The notes under the pieces: generated by a model | What the model saw: only the letters and a program-made list of their open reading frames with translations | What the model was told of the DNA's origin: nothing | Database searches by the model: none | Part shown: positions 41,739 through 58,797 of the stretch, piece by piece | Layout: every line of letters starts with the position of its first letter | Position numbering within the stretch: the stretch's first letter is position 1 | Source: the human T2T-CHM13v2.0 reference genome, Homo sapiens | Direction: 5' to 3' (one strand) | NCBI RefSeq assembly: GCF_009914755.1 | Contig: NC_060947.1 | DNA length: 64,000 bases | Made by a program: the position numbers and the translations under genes

Positions 41739-42952
41739 TAAAGGTTGTTATCTGGGCAATGAGATAATGAACAATTTTTATTTTGTGTTTACATTTATCT
41801 TTATTAACAATGAATAAAAATTATCTAAAATATACAATACAATAATAACTAAATTTAAAAATATAAAGCCCAGTTTTGGTTTTTCCCAATGTATGCTCTT
41901 GACAACTTTGCCAAAGATGAGTTGGCTGTAAATACACACATTTATATGTGAATTCTCTCTTCTGCTCCATTAGTCTATGTATCTGTTTTATGGCAGTACC
42001 ATGCGATTTGGTCACTATAGATTTGTAGTAAATTTTGAAGTCAGGTAATGTGATGCCTCCAGCTTTGTTCCTTTTGGTCAGGAGTGCTTTCTGAGTGTTT
42101 TGCTATTCCCAGTAGATTTTAATATTTTTCTTTTTATGTGAAGAATGGCATTGTTATATTCATAGGGATTATATTGAATCTGTAAATCACTTTGAATGCT
42201 ATGGTTATTTTTTAAATTTTAACTTTTCCAATCTACTAAGATTTTTTTTTCAGTTTTTGTGTCCACTTCAACATTTCTAATCACTGTCTTACTGTATTCC
42301 TTGTATAGATTTTCATTTATTTGGTTAATTACATTCCTAGGTATTTTATATCTTTTGGAACTATTATTAATTGAATTGCTTTTCTGATTTCTGTTGCAGA
42401 TTGTTTGGTATCGATATATAAAAATGCTACTAATTTTTTAAGGTTGATTTTGTTTTCTACAACTTTACTGAATTAGTTTATTAGTTCCAAAGTTTTTTTA
42501 TGAAGTCTTTAGGGTTTTCTAAGTATAATATTATGTAATCTGTGAACAAGGCTATTTCAACTTTTTTCTTTCCAATTTACATGTCTTTTATTTATTTGTC
42601 TTGCCTGTTTGTTCTGGCTAGGACTTTCAAGTACTATGTTAAATAAAAGTGGTATAAGTGGGCATCTTTATATTATTCCAGATCTTAGAGAAAATCTGTT
42701 CAATTTTTCCCCATTCAATACAATGTTGGAGGTGGATTTTTAATGTATGACCTTTATTATTTTGAGGTATGTTTCTTCTGAACCCAGTTTGATGGGGTTT
42801 TTATTATAAAGGAATGCTAAATTTTATGGAATGCTTTTGTGCATCTATTAAAACAATCATATGGCTTTTGCTCTTGCTTCTGTTAATATGTATCACATTT
42901 ATTGATTTGCATATGCTGAACCATTTTTTCCATTCAAAGGATGAATCCCAGT

Positions 42953-43374
42953 TGGTATAGTGGAAAATGGTTTATTTGGCTCCACCACACATAACGTTGA
43001 AATCTGATCTTCAAGGTTACAGGTAGGGTCTGGTGGGAGGCGTCTGGATCATGGTGATAGATCTCTCATGAATGACTTGGTGCCATTCTTATGGGAGTGA
43101 GTGAGTTTTTCACTCTTAATTCCTGGGAGAATTGTTTCTTGAAAAGAACCTAGCACCTCTTCCATTCTCTCGTTTTCTTTCTTGCCATGTGATCCGTACA
43201 CACCAGCTCTCACTTCTCCATCAGTAAAAGCATCCTGAGTCCCTCACCAGAAGCATATCTTAGTATCATGTTTTTGTAGAGCCTGCAGAACTGTGAGCCA
43301 AATAAACCTCTTTTATTTATTAATTAACCAGGCTCAGGTATTTCTTTATAGCAACACACAAAAAAACTAAGACA
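42953..43374 (+). mobile_element. MSTB-like solo LTR
   Basis: GTTGAAATCTGATC...CTCTCATGAATG.CTTGGTGCCATTC...CTGTGAGCCAAATAAACCTC...ACTAAGACA. Confidence 0.82.
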
Positions 43375-44351
43375 ACACTTAATCATGTTAAATAATATTT
43401 TAATGTGTTGTTGAATTTAGTTTGCTATTATTTTGTTGAGGGTTTCCGAGTCTATTTTTATCAGTGATATTGGCCTGTAGTTCTCTTTTTTGTTGTTTCA
43501 TCATCTGGTTTTGGTATCAAGTTAATGCTGGCTTAGTAGAATGAGTTTGGAAAAATTCTCTCCTCTTCCATTTTTTGAATAGTTTGAGTAGAATTAATAT
43601 TAGTTCTTCTTTAAATGTTTGGTAGAATTTGGCAGTGAACCCATCAAGCCCTGGGCTTTTCTTTGACGGGAGATTTTTAAATACAGCTTTAATCTCATTG
43701 TTCATTATTGATTTGTTCAGATTTTCTATTTCTTCATGGTTCAATCTTGGTAGATTGTATATGCCCTAAAATTTGTCAGTTTCCAATTTGTTGATGTATA
43801 GTTAGTTGTCCAAAATAGTCTCTAATAATTTTTATAAATTTCTGTGGTCTCAATTGTTTTGTCCCCTTTTTATTTCTGATTTTATTTATTTGTGTCTTCT
43901 CTTTTTAAAAAATTAGTGTAGCTCATTTGTACATTTTGTTTATCTTTTCAAAAGCCAACTCTTGGTTTCATTGACATTTTGTATTTTTTTTGTTTTAATT
44001 TCATTTATTTCTGCTGTGGTCTTTATTACTTATTTTCTTTTACTAAGTTTGAGTTTGGATTGTTCTTACTTTTTTAGTTTCATGAGGTGCATTGTCAGGT
44101 TACTCAGTCATTCCACTTTTTAGATATAGGTGTTTATTGCTATAAACTTTCCTCTTACTACTGATTTTACTATTTCTCATAGATTTTGGAATGTTGTATT
44201 TCAATATTCATTTAAAAATATTTTTTCATAATTTTTCAAGATCTTTGTTTAATTTTCATGTGTTTGTGATTTTTCCAAGGTTTCTCTTGTTATTGATTCT
44301 TTGTTTTATTACATTGTGGTCATAAAATACATGATATGATTTTTGCTATTT

Positions 44352-44817
44352 AAGTTTATTTAGTTTTACTTTAAAGAAATACCTGAGGCTGGATAATTTT
44401 TAAATAAAAGAGGTTTAATTGTCTCATACTTCTTTAGGCTATACAAGAAAAAAAATGGCACTAGTATCTCCTTCTGGTGAGGACATTGGGTTGTTTCAAT
44501 TCATGACAGAAGGCAAAGCAAGCCAGCATGTGCAGAGATCACATTGTAACATAGAGGAGGGATGTACCCAGCTCTTTTTAAAAACTGGTTATCATAGGAA
44601 CTAACAGAGTGAGAGCCCATTCATTACCATGAGAACTCACTCATTACTCATTATAACTCACTCATTACTCACTCATTACCTTGGTGCAAGTACTGCACCA
44701 ATAATTCATTAGGAATCTACTCCCATTATTCAAAAACTTCCCATTAGGCCCAACTTTCAACATTAGGTTCAAATTTCAATATATAATTTGTAGGGTTCAA
44801 ATACTGAAATCATAGCA
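44352..44817 (-). mobile_element. MST (MSTB-like) solo LTR
   Basis: TAAAGAAATACCTGAGGCTGGATAATTT..AAAAGAGGTTTAATTG; internal ACTCACTCATT repeats. Confidence 0.8.
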
Positions 44818-47375
44818 TCTACTCTTTTGAATTTATTAAGACTTATTTTTTGTGTGTGTGACTTATAATGTGATCCATTGTGGAGAATGTTCCCTGTGCT
44901 GATGATATGATTGTTTATTTTGCAACATTTAAGCAAAATGTTCTATAAATGTCAGTTAGACCTACTAAGTCTAGTGTATTGTTTTGTTCCAATGTTTCTT
45001 TGTTGATTTTCTGTCTGGACGATCTGTCCAATATTGAGAGTGGAGTGTTAAAGTGTCCTATTATTATTTTATTTCAGTCTATCTTTCTCTTTAAATATAT
45101 TAATGTTTGCTTTAGTTGGCAGCACCAGTGTTGGGTATGTACATATTTATAATTGTTATATCTTCTTGCTGAATTGAACCCTTTATTATGACATAGTGAC
45201 CTTTTTTGTCTCTTTCTACAGTCTTTGATATGCAGTCTATTTTATCTGATATAAGTATAGCTACTCTAATCTTTTTTGGTTTCCAGTGGCATTAAATATT
45301 TTTTCTCCCCCTTTGCTTTCAGTCTATGTCTGTCTTTATAGGTAAAGTAAATTTTTGTAGGCAGCATATAGTTGGGTCTTATTTCTTTATGCACTTTAAC
45401 CACTCAATGTCGTTTAATTTGAGCATCAAGTATATTTCACATGTATCATTATGATTGATAAGTAAGGACTTACTACTGAGATTTTGTTGCTCGTTTTCTG
45501 TTGCTTTGAAAATCCTTTCTTTCTTCATTTCTTACTGTCTTTCTTTGTGGTTATTTTCTCTGGTACTATGTTTTAAGGTATACCTTTTTAGTGAATCTCT
45601 TACAGGTTTTTGCATTTTGTTTACCATGAGGCTCACAAAACACCTTATAGATATAATAACATATTTTAAAGAGGTGACAACTTAGGTCACAAAGAAAAGA
45701 ATATAAACAAAGAAAAAATGATACACTTTAATTACCTTCCCACGTTTTGACTTCTAGTTGTCTCATTTTACATATTTTTATATTTCCTGCCTCTTAACAG
45801 GTTGTCATAGTTATTATTGTTTTTGGTAGATTTGTCTGGGTTTCATACTAGAGTTTTAAATGGATTGCACACCCCAATCACAGTATTAGAGTATTCTGTG
45901 TTTGCCTGTGTACTTAATTTTACCAGTGAGTTTTATAACTTTTTTTCCGCATATTAGTGCTTTTTTTCTTTCAGATTGAAGAACTCCCTTCAGCATTTCT
46001 TGTAAAGTTAGTATAGTGGTTACAAATTTTAAGCTTTTATTGGTCTGGGAATGAATGTCTCGTCCTCATATTTGACAGATAGCATTTCTGGGTATGGTAT
46101 TCTTGAATGGCCTTTTTTTTCAGTATTTTGAAAATCTCAATTTTCTCTTTACTTGTATGGTTTCTGTTGAGAAGTCTGTTAACAGAGAAATTAAAATTAT
46201 TTTATATGTTATTTGCTTTTTTTCTCTCACTGCCTTTAGGGGCCTTTCTTTGTGTTAGATGTTTTAGAGTTTGATAATTTATATACCTTGCAATAGTCTT
46301 ACTTGAGTTTAATCTATTTAGAGTTCTCTGAATTTTCTATTCCTGGATATTTTTATCTTTCTCAAGTTTTGGAAAGTTTTCTGCTATTGTTTTTAAAATA
46401 AACTTTCTACCCTTTGTTCTTGCTAAACTCCCTATAGCACACCGATACATTTTAGATTTGGTCTTTTGAGGTAATTTTCTATATCTTGTAGGCCATATTG
46501 GTTTTTTTCTTTTCTCCTTTAACTGTGTATTTTCAAATCACGTGTTTTTGAGCTCACTGGTTCTTTTCTCTGCTTGATCCATTCTGCTGTTGGAAGCCTC
46601 TAATAAATTTTTCAGCTTAGCTAATTTATTTCTCAGTTCCAAGATTATATTTGATTTAGTAATCATTTAAATCATTGTGTTACATTTGTCGTATAAATTT
46701 CTGAGCTGCTTTTCTGTGATATATTATAGATCACTGAGTTTTCTTAAAACTGTAGTTTTGAATTCTTAGAGAGCTCAAATTATTGCCATTTCATAAGGAT
46801 TAGTTACTCATTCCTTGCTTTGTCCATGTGGGGAGATCATGGTTCTCTTTTTGCTGTTGTTTTCTGTAGATGTACCTGTATGTCTTTGTATTGAAAGTTT
46901 AGTTATTTATTCCAGTGTTTTTGGTCTGACTTGTTTTTTCTTGGCTATATTTTCTAAGAGGTTTCTTAGTGCTAGGTCACAGCCTCCTTTTTGGCTCTAC
47001 ATGGTGCCTCAAGTCCAGGTTTGCCATAGCTTCAGTAAAGGATTGAAACACTGCCCTTTCTGAATGGGGGATGTCCCAAAGGGGATATCCCAGTAATATC
47101 AGAGGGCTGGCTAGGTGTTTATACCTGGGGGACCTGTGGAACAAACCTCCTACAGCATGGTGCTGATGAACAGCCAGTCTAATTTAGCATCTCCTTTGAT
47201 CAACTACAGAGCAGAGTTTCTAGGGCTGTGGGTGATAATCCTGTGTCTCTGCCCGTCTTTGGGAATATTGCTCTTTTCAGGGACTCAGGATGCCTCCTGT
47301 GGGTTAAGGAGGGAAAATGTATCCTTCTAAGGAACCCAAGTTAATGGGGAAGCTTTGTTGTCTACCTTGACATCA

Positions 47376-47717
<342 letters not shown>

Positions 47718-47969
47718 TTATGCACTTGGGGCTAGGCAGAATCGAGGGACAGCGTCACAGATATAAAAACCCAATTATCTTACTATATGCTTAATGCTTT
47801 ATTTTCTTTTGTATATTTACTTTTCTGTGGCCCTGAGACTGCCTGATCTTCATATTTGGGTTCTATCATACTGTTAGTGATCATCTTGGTGCTGTATATT
47901 TTTTCTTTGGCTTTCTGTTGTAGTAGAGTGAGACCAGCTTTTTTCTATGCTGCCATTTTGGACTGTAAG

Positions 47970-49375
47970 TTCTATTTATTTATTTTTACTATAATTCATT
48001 TTTTATTGATAAGAACCCTTAACATGTGCTCTATCTTCTCATATTTTATAAAGTACAAATGGTATTGCTATCTGTAGATACAATATTGTACATCAGATTT
48101 CTAGAACTTATTCAACTTGCATAAATACATATTGGTGAGCAAGTCCCCCATTTCTCTCTCCCCCAAAACCCTGGCAACTAACATTTTATTCATTGCTTCC
48201 ACAATTTTTACTATTTTAGATACCTCTCTTATCAGTGGAATCATGCAGTATTTGTCCTTCCATAGCTAGTTTATTTCCCTTAGCATAACGTCCTCAAGAT
48301 TTATCCTTGTTGCATATGGCAAGATTTCCTTCTATTTGAAGATTAATATTCTTTAGTGTGATATATAGATAGATAGATAGATGGATAGATAGAAACATAG
48401 ATATAGATATATACCACATTGTCTTTATTCAATTATTCATTGAGGGACAACTAGTTTTTATCCACCTCTTGGCTATTGTGAATAATACTGCAATGAATAT
48501 GGGAGTGCTAACGTATCTCCCAGATTCTTATTTCAATTGTTTTAGATAAATTCCCAGAAATAAGATTGCAAGATTGTATGGCAGTTCTATCCATCATAAC
48601 AGGTGTGAAGTAATATCTCATTGTGAATTTGATTTGAAATTCTCTGATTATTAGTGATTCTGAGCATTTTTTTCCTATACTTTTTGGCCATTTTCATGTC
48701 TTCTGTGAAAAAGCGTTTATTCACATCTTTAGCCTCTATTTTAATTGGGTTATAAGGTTTTTATTACTATTGAATTGTAATAGGCTTATATATATTTTGA
48801 AAATTAATCCATAATCAGATATGTGGTTTACAAATACTTTCTTTTATTTGTAGATTGCATTTTGATTTGGCTGATTGTTTCTTTTGCTGTAAAGAATCTT
48901 TTTAGTTTGATGTAGTCCCACTTATCTATTTTTATTTTTGTTGTCTATGCTTTTGGTGTCATATCCAATAAATCATTGCCAAGATCAATGTCATAATGAT
49001 ATTTCTCTGTGTTTTATTCTAGAAATGTTAACATTTCAGATCTTATATTAAAGTTTTTAATTCAGTTTGAGTTAATTTTTTGTATGGTATAAACATCCAT
49101 ATTTATTTATTTATTTATTTGCATATAGATATTCAGTTTTTTCAGCATCATTTTTTAAAGAAACTATTATTTCCCCACTATGTACTCTTGGCAGCCATAA
49201 TGTTGATCAGTTCACCATGTATGTGTGGGTTTATTTCCAGGTTCTATATTCTGTTTTGTTCATCTATATGTCTGTCTTTATGCCAACGCTATACTCTTTT
49301 AACTAATGTTGCCTTGTAACACATTTTAAAATCAGAAAATTTGATGCTTCCAGCTTTTTTCTTTTTCTTTTAAAA
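47970..49375 (-). mobile_element. L1MA/L1MB 3' portion with internal (GATA)n
   Basis: Antisense 3' UTR (TAAGAACCCTTAACATG, CAGATTTCTAGAACTTATTCA) and ORF2 end. Confidence 0.75.
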
Positions 49376-50499
49376 AAGATCGCTTTTCCCCCTGACTCAG
49401 CACAGAGCAAATGGGCAATAAACTTCAACTCCTGTGATATGTTGGGTCCTGCCAGATCTGAAAGACAAGCTAGAAGCCAGTTCTTTGTGTATTAGCTGGC
49501 AAAGTTGGAATATTACATGTGAAATCCAAAATCTTCATTAAAAATTTTTTAAGACATACACGGAAATAAAAAGAAAAGCAATTATTTTAAATCCAGTGCA
49601 ATGCTTCACAGAAGCTTAGGTAAATACATAAGGTAAGGCCTCATGGGAAGACTAGAAATTAGGCCTTAAATAAATGGAAATTTGGAAATTCATCAGTGTT
49701 TAAAGCACATCTAGTTGCTTGATTATCTTGGGGATTTCTCTTATATCTTCAGCAATAAAGTTTTATTTATTTTTTACTCATTTGCCACTACTAATCAACT
49801 ACTTTACTTTACAATCTGTAAATCTTTTTATCTACTTATTCATGACTTTTTTTACTTATGACTTTTATGGCTTTGTGGTTTCTTCTTAGTGTTTTCTTCA
49901 TGTCCTACTTCATTTTCTTCACTCTACAAGATAATGAATTCTCTTTAGAAATGATTTAACTAATTCATGTAGTCACTGTAACCACAACTGGACAAGGCTT
50001 TTTTTTTGTGGGGGGGCGGGTAGATCAAATTATATTTTGTAGGCCTGTCAATATATTGGTTGTCTTTAGGCCAGATAACTATCACTGTTTAAAACCAGTG
50101 ACTTTGTGGATGTTCAGTGGTTGTCAATATAAGATAATTAGCAGTAGTTTAGAAATTTGGAAATGATTTTTGTCATATCCACAAGCTACTCATGGTCCAA
50201 AATAGTATAATTCCAACTAGTGCATTTCTCTCACTAACCACAGTTCCTCTCCATTAAATAAAAAATTTCTCATCTTATTTTTTGTTTGATTTTAGAAACA
50301 GGTGTACTTTTTTTTTATTTTCACCCCTTCTTATAAAGTATCAAGTTTTTTTTAGATTATCTCTTTCTTATAGTACCTTATTAAATTACAGCACCAAATA
50401 ATCAAATTGTGGTTCCAATATTCTGAGTTCCACCAATTCATCTAAAGAAACAAATTTGTTACATAATTATCACCCATCCAGGTTATTTCAGGAGACAGT

Positions 50500-50608
50500 T
50501 TTACAAAAATATTTCATAATTGCATATATAGGCTGCCATTTTTTCATTGTCTAATGACAGTTTCTTTGCCACCCACAATCTGGCCCCTAAGCCAATGACA
50601 TATCCAGT

Positions 50609-50647
<39 letters not shown>

Positions 50648-51120
50648 CACACACTAAGTAGTTTGTTATGGCAGCACCCCAGATATTAATATTCATATTA
50701 GTAAGTTTTGCTGTGATGCTAACAACTCTAAATTCTTAGGCGTTTATCACAACAGAGGTTTATTTTCTTACCACATTTTATGTTGGCGTATATTGGCTGC
50801 AGCTCTACTTTCTATTTCTTTTTTACAATATTCAATCTATCAAAGCAGCTCCTATCTGGAAAATTACTTTAGACATATTGTTATGGAAGATCAAAAAAGG
50901 AAACCGAGCTGGCAAAAACATGCAATCACTCCTGAAGCAACTAGTTTAACTTTACGTCTGCTCACATTTAATTGGCCAAATATTGCCAAGCCCAACATCA
51001 ATGAGGTGGGGAAATATACCACTCCCTCAGGAAGTACTGAAAGACCCATGGCAATGGATAGAGATATATAATCCTTATAGGAAGACAGAGTAAATAGTAG
51101 AAAATAATATAAACTACCAC
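50500..51120 (-). mobile_element. Old MLT1 (J/K-like) LTR with adjacent internal fragment
   Basis: TAACAACTCTAAATTCTTAG..G.TT..CACAACAGAGGTTTATTT; GTTATGGCAGCACCCC primer-site-like junction. Confidence 0.55.
50610..50653. repeat. (CA)n microsatellite
   Basis: Directly visible. Confidence 0.95.
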
Positions 51121-51949
51121 ATTCTGCTGTAAAAGGTATACAATCCCGCAATTTTACCAAAAAGAACAGAAGAGTGAATCAACATCCATTTTACATTTAT
51201 TTTCATCTTCTTATGGCCTTCAATAACCTCTTATTTTGAACATAAAGAAGTTTACATAGATGTGAACATATCTTCATGAATCGTAGACATTTCTGAATAC
51301 ATTTAATAGGCACCTGAGACCAACAGTCAATTTTCTGTGTCTAGTGATAAAATCATGTAACACTAAAACCCTGGGGGGGGGGATATAGATGTTCTTTTCA
51401 CTATTTTGTGATAATTGAAAAACAGTAAAAATAGTATTATAGAAGGCTAGATCGTGAGGTGAAGAAGAGAAAGTGTAAATGAAAGAGACAAATGAAAGTA
51501 AATTTATTGCAGGAAGTGAAACTGACAATCTGAACCTGGGTAAGGAAGCCACCAAATACTACCTACCTACTCATGTTAGCCACTGTGCTTGGCATTTTCA
51601 AAAGTTCTAGTCAACTAGCACAAGAATATATCATTCCTTTCAGGTTGGCAATCAGGAAGCCATTATTTGTAAGTATAATTTATCCAAACCCAATTTAAAA
51701 GCCAGGTTTGTCTCCTTCCCATATCTTCTTCTATATAGCTCAAGCATAATTGTACTGCAATATATATGTTTTTATGGATGTGGATAGAGTTTTTATGACA
51801 TTGATGGTTATCCTGAGTTACACTTGCCTTAATAATTCCCTGGATATAGGGTATGGCAATCACCTCAGCATTATAAATGCTCTGAATTAGAGATAACTTT
51901 AAGCCAGTAAGAGAAATTTACTGTGAAGACTGACAAGAAAGTTCCAGCT

Positions 51950-52050
51950 TTCAGTTCAATTTAGCAAGTATGTATTAAATATCTACCATGTTCTAGTCAC
52001 TTGTGAAATGAATAAGACACAGTCTTGGAGCTTAAATTATTTAGAGTCTT
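51950..52050 (-). mobile_element. L2 3' fragment
   Basis: TTCAATTTAGCAAGTATGTATTAAATATCTACCATGT...TGAATAAGACACAGTC. Confidence 0.55.
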
Positions 52051-53271
52051 TGGAAGAGGAGGAGGAACAATTCTTTCTGACTATTTTGGTGAACTTCTGT
52101 AATACTTACATAAAGATCACATATAAAAATATCCAACACACTTGCTTGTAATAGATGCCTATTGAGTTAATTGCCAATACTCAACCGTCACTTTTATCTC
52201 AAATAAACATACCTCTATTTCACACTTTACAAGAATGTAGAAAATCAAGACAGAAGGTCAAACTCTAAAAGAGGCATGAAGAGGTTAGTCTCACTTTATT
52301 TACATTTCAATAATGAAGGAAGATTAGGAATATATGCATCTTTCTACCTATGACCAAGTTAAGTTTTGAGGACTGTAAATGTATTTGTCTCAAGTCCAAA
52401 ATTATACTATACAAGGGAGCACTGAAACCAGCTATTACTTATCAGGCATGGCTAATTTATTTCACTCCAATGTACAGTTCTTTATATAAAATATTTTAGG
52501 TTGAAATTTAAAAAAGAGGATGTTCTGTACCTCAAAAGGGGTGATAGACATAAAAAGTCAAAAAATGCAAAAATCACAAAATTATTTTGTAGCAGTATAA
52601 AAATACTCTTAAAAATTAAAATTTCTGTGGTTGTAGCAAGAGATTGTGAATCATCAGGTACTGAAACATCAGGTACTAGAAAAACAAGAAGCTTTAGTTT
52701 AATGCTGAACAAGTTTTACAAGAAAAACTGAAACAGAACATAGAGAGCATGTGGCAGCTGGTGGCAACTTCTTAAACTTGAACAGAGTAATGACAACAAA
52801 CAATTTGGTAAACTGAGCACGAAGATAATGTGAGAAGAAATTAAGCATGGTCTTGATCTAATACATTGTAATTAATAGATAATATTTTTACCCAAGCCTA
52901 AATTCCTAGAGCTGTAACAGTGGTTGATCATTAGACTAATTTCAACTAATTTAAGTTCAGAGTCCCAAATTATTTAATTAAGAGTTTTAGATTTTCCACT
53001 TCTCCATGGGCCATACAAAGTATGACCGACCCTAAAGCACCACTAACGTAGGGGCTATAATAAAACTAGTTATTTATTTATAGTCACACGTAATTTACTT
53101 GTGGGTAAGTGACAGAGACCTCACAGGTAACTATTGATATAAAAACTGTGATACATTAAATTACAACAAGAATAAATAGGTTGTAGCATTGAGTTTTATT
53201 TAATCACTGAAAGCAGAAAGAAGAGTCTCAGAATGGCTCATCCTAGCCACTGATGAAAATACATAATCTTA

Positions 53272-55324
<2,053 letters not shown>

Positions 55325-58300
55325 TTGGATCATAATTTTAAAAGACATAATCCTGAACACCAAATGAGGACAAACCAAAATATCAAAATTCCTAAAGTCT
55401 AAAGTACATAATGTCCAAAATCTCCAAAGTTAAAATCATAGGATAATTGCACCATGTTAAGTGGAACTATGACCTTGTTTTTGTCTTTATTTGGAAATTA
55501 AGCATAGTAGTTTAAGGAGATGCATATGGGTGCCAAGTTGGCAAGGGGTCTATATGTGGATTTAATTTTAGGTGTTGAGGAAAGAGGTGGAGCAAGATAG
55601 CAAAACAGAAAGCTCCACCGATCATCCCCCCTGCAAGAACCCCAATTTAACAACTATCTATACAAAAAAAAACCTTCATAAGAGCCTAAAATCAGGTGAG
55701 CCCTCGCAGAACCTGGTTTTGTCTTCATATTGCTGAAAGAGGAACTGAAGAGACAGAACAGTCTTGAATCACCGATGCCAACCCTCCCCTACTCCTCACA
55801 GGAGCAGTGAGGTGCAGAGAGTTTCTATGGGCACTGGGGGAGGGAAAATAGAGCAATTGCAAGACATTGAACTCAGTGCTGTTCTTTTAAAGCAGAAAGG
55901 AAAACCAGACCAAACCCAGTTGATGTCTGTCCACAGAGGGAACATTTAAACCAATCCTAGCCAGAGGGGAATCGCCAATCCCAGCAGTTGGAACTTGAGT
56001 TCCTGCAAACCTCACCAACAAGGGTTAAACTTATCTGGGTTTCTAAGTAAACACAGAAGGCATTCCAGGCCATGAGGACTTCAACTTTTAGGTAAGTATT
56101 AGTGCTGCTCTGAGCCCAGGGACAGTGAACTGGGGGGCATGAGACCTACTGAAACACCAGCTGAGGCAGCTAAGGAAGTGCTGGCATTTTCCCTCACCTA
56201 ACCCCAGGCTGCACAGCTCACAGCTCCAAAAGGGACCCCTTCCTTTCACTTAAGAATAGAGAGAAGACTGTAGAATACTCTGTCTTGAACCATGGATACT
56301 AGCTCAGACACAGCAGGATAGGGCACTGGTCAGAGTCATGAGGCCCCTGTTTGAGGACCTAGCTCCCAGAATCATTTCTAGACACATCCCGGGCCATAAG
56401 AAAACTTGAAGCAAAGAAGACAGTCCTGACAGCACTAATCACTTGATAACTGAAGAGACTTTGAGCCCTAAATAACCAGCAGTCACACCCAGGTACCACA
56501 TCAAGGGCCCTGAATGAGTGTATGAAATTTCATGCCTTCAGGTGAGACTTAGCACATTACCAGCTGTGGGGGCTTTTCCTTCTGCTTGAGAAAAGCAGAG
56601 GAAAAAGTAAAGGAGATTTTGTTTTGCACCTCAGGTATCAGAGTGATAGAGGAGAAAACAAGCTCTTGGATTTCCACTTCTGGACCTGCCCTGGGCCAGA
56701 GAAGAGCCTCTTTACTAAGGGGTGAGTCCCAGGTCAGGCATCATTCACCAAAAGCTGACTTAAGAGCTCTCGGGCCTCAAGAGAACACCGTGGTACTCTC
56801 ATGGTATTCCCTGTGGCCTTTGGTGCCAGTGGCTGCAGGGTGAAGATCCTAGACTTCGGGAAGGGAAGGGAAGAGTGGGAAGGACTGCATCCTGTGGTTT
56901 TAGTGCCACCTCAACCACAGTACAATAAAACACCAGGTGGACTTCTAAATATTGTGATTCTGGTTCCTGACCCCAGACAGCACCTGTGGACCCACCTGGA
57001 GTCTGGGGGAACTCACCTCCCTGAAGGAAAAGACAAGCCTAGTTGGCTTTGCCAATTGCTAGCTGCTAATTGTAGAGCTCCAGGGCCTTGACCAAACATA
57101 GGCAGTAACCAGAAAATAGTTACAGCAGGCCATGGGTGAGACCCATTGCTTTGCTGGCTTCAGGTCAGACCCAGCAGAATTCACAGTAGTGATAATTGCT
57201 TCACTCCATTCCTAGCATTATGTGGCTAAGAACAGAGAGAGATGATCCATTTGCTTGGGATAAAGTAAAGATAAAGAACAAGAATCTCTGTTTGGTAATC
57301 AAGAGACTTTTTCTAGTTGTTGTCCAAGAATACCAAGACTATCTCTACAAGTCTGCAAGAGCCACAGCATTACAAGGCTTGTGGTGCCCCCTAAAGCAGA
57401 CACAGTTTACATGAGAACACCTAAGTACTTTCAAATATCTGGAAAGCCTTCCCAACAACGATGGATAAAAACAAGCCCAGACTGCAAACACTACAATAAA
57501 TACCAAACTCTCCAATGCCTAGAAACATCAACCAGGAAAACATGACCTCACCAAATGAACTAAATAAGGTACTAGGGACAAATCCTGAAGAAACAGAGAT
57601 ATATGACCTTTCAAACAAAAAATTCAAAAAAGCTGACTTGAGAAAACTCAAAGAAATTCAAGACCACACAGAGAAGGAATTTAGAATTATATCAGATGAC
57701 TTTAACAAATAAATTTTAAAATGTTTTAAAAATAAAGTAGAAATTCTTGAGCTGAAAAATGTAATTGGCATAATGAAGAATGCATGAGTTTTTTAATAGC
57801 CAAATTGATCAAACAGAAGAAAGAATTTGTGAACTTGAAAACAGCCTGTTTAAAAATACATAATCAGAGAAGACAAAAGAATAAATAGAAAACAATGGGG
57901 CATAGCCTAAAAAGGGCCAATTTAAGAGTTATTGGCCTTAAAGAAAAGATAGAAATTGGGGTAGAAACGTTATTCAAGGGGAGAGTAACAGAGAACTTTC
58001 CAAATCAAGACAATTATATCAATATCTCAATTCAAGAAGGTCATAGAACACCAAGCAGATTTAAACAAAGAAAGACTACCTCAAGGTGTCTACTTATCAT
58101 ACTCCCAAAAATCAAGGATAAAGGATCATAAAAGCAGCAAGAGAAAAGAAAAAAAAAAAACATAAAAAGGAGCTTCTGTACATCTGGCAGCAGACTTTTC
58201 AGACAAAACCTTATTGGCCAGGAGTGACATGACATATTTAAAGTGTGGAAGAAAAAAACAAAACAAACAAACAAACAAAAAAAACAAAAAAACCCACTCT

Positions 58301-58496
58301 TACCCTAGAATAATATATCTAGAAAAATGCCCCTTTAAAACCTGAAGAAGAAATGAACACTTTCCCAGACAAATAGCTGAGGGATTTCATTAAAACCAGA
58401 CCTATCCTACAAGAAATGGTAAAGGGAGTACTTCAATCAGAAAGTAAAGGATGTTAATGAGCAAAAAGTAATCATAAGAAGGTACAAGACTTGCTG

Positions 58497-58797
<301 letters not shown>

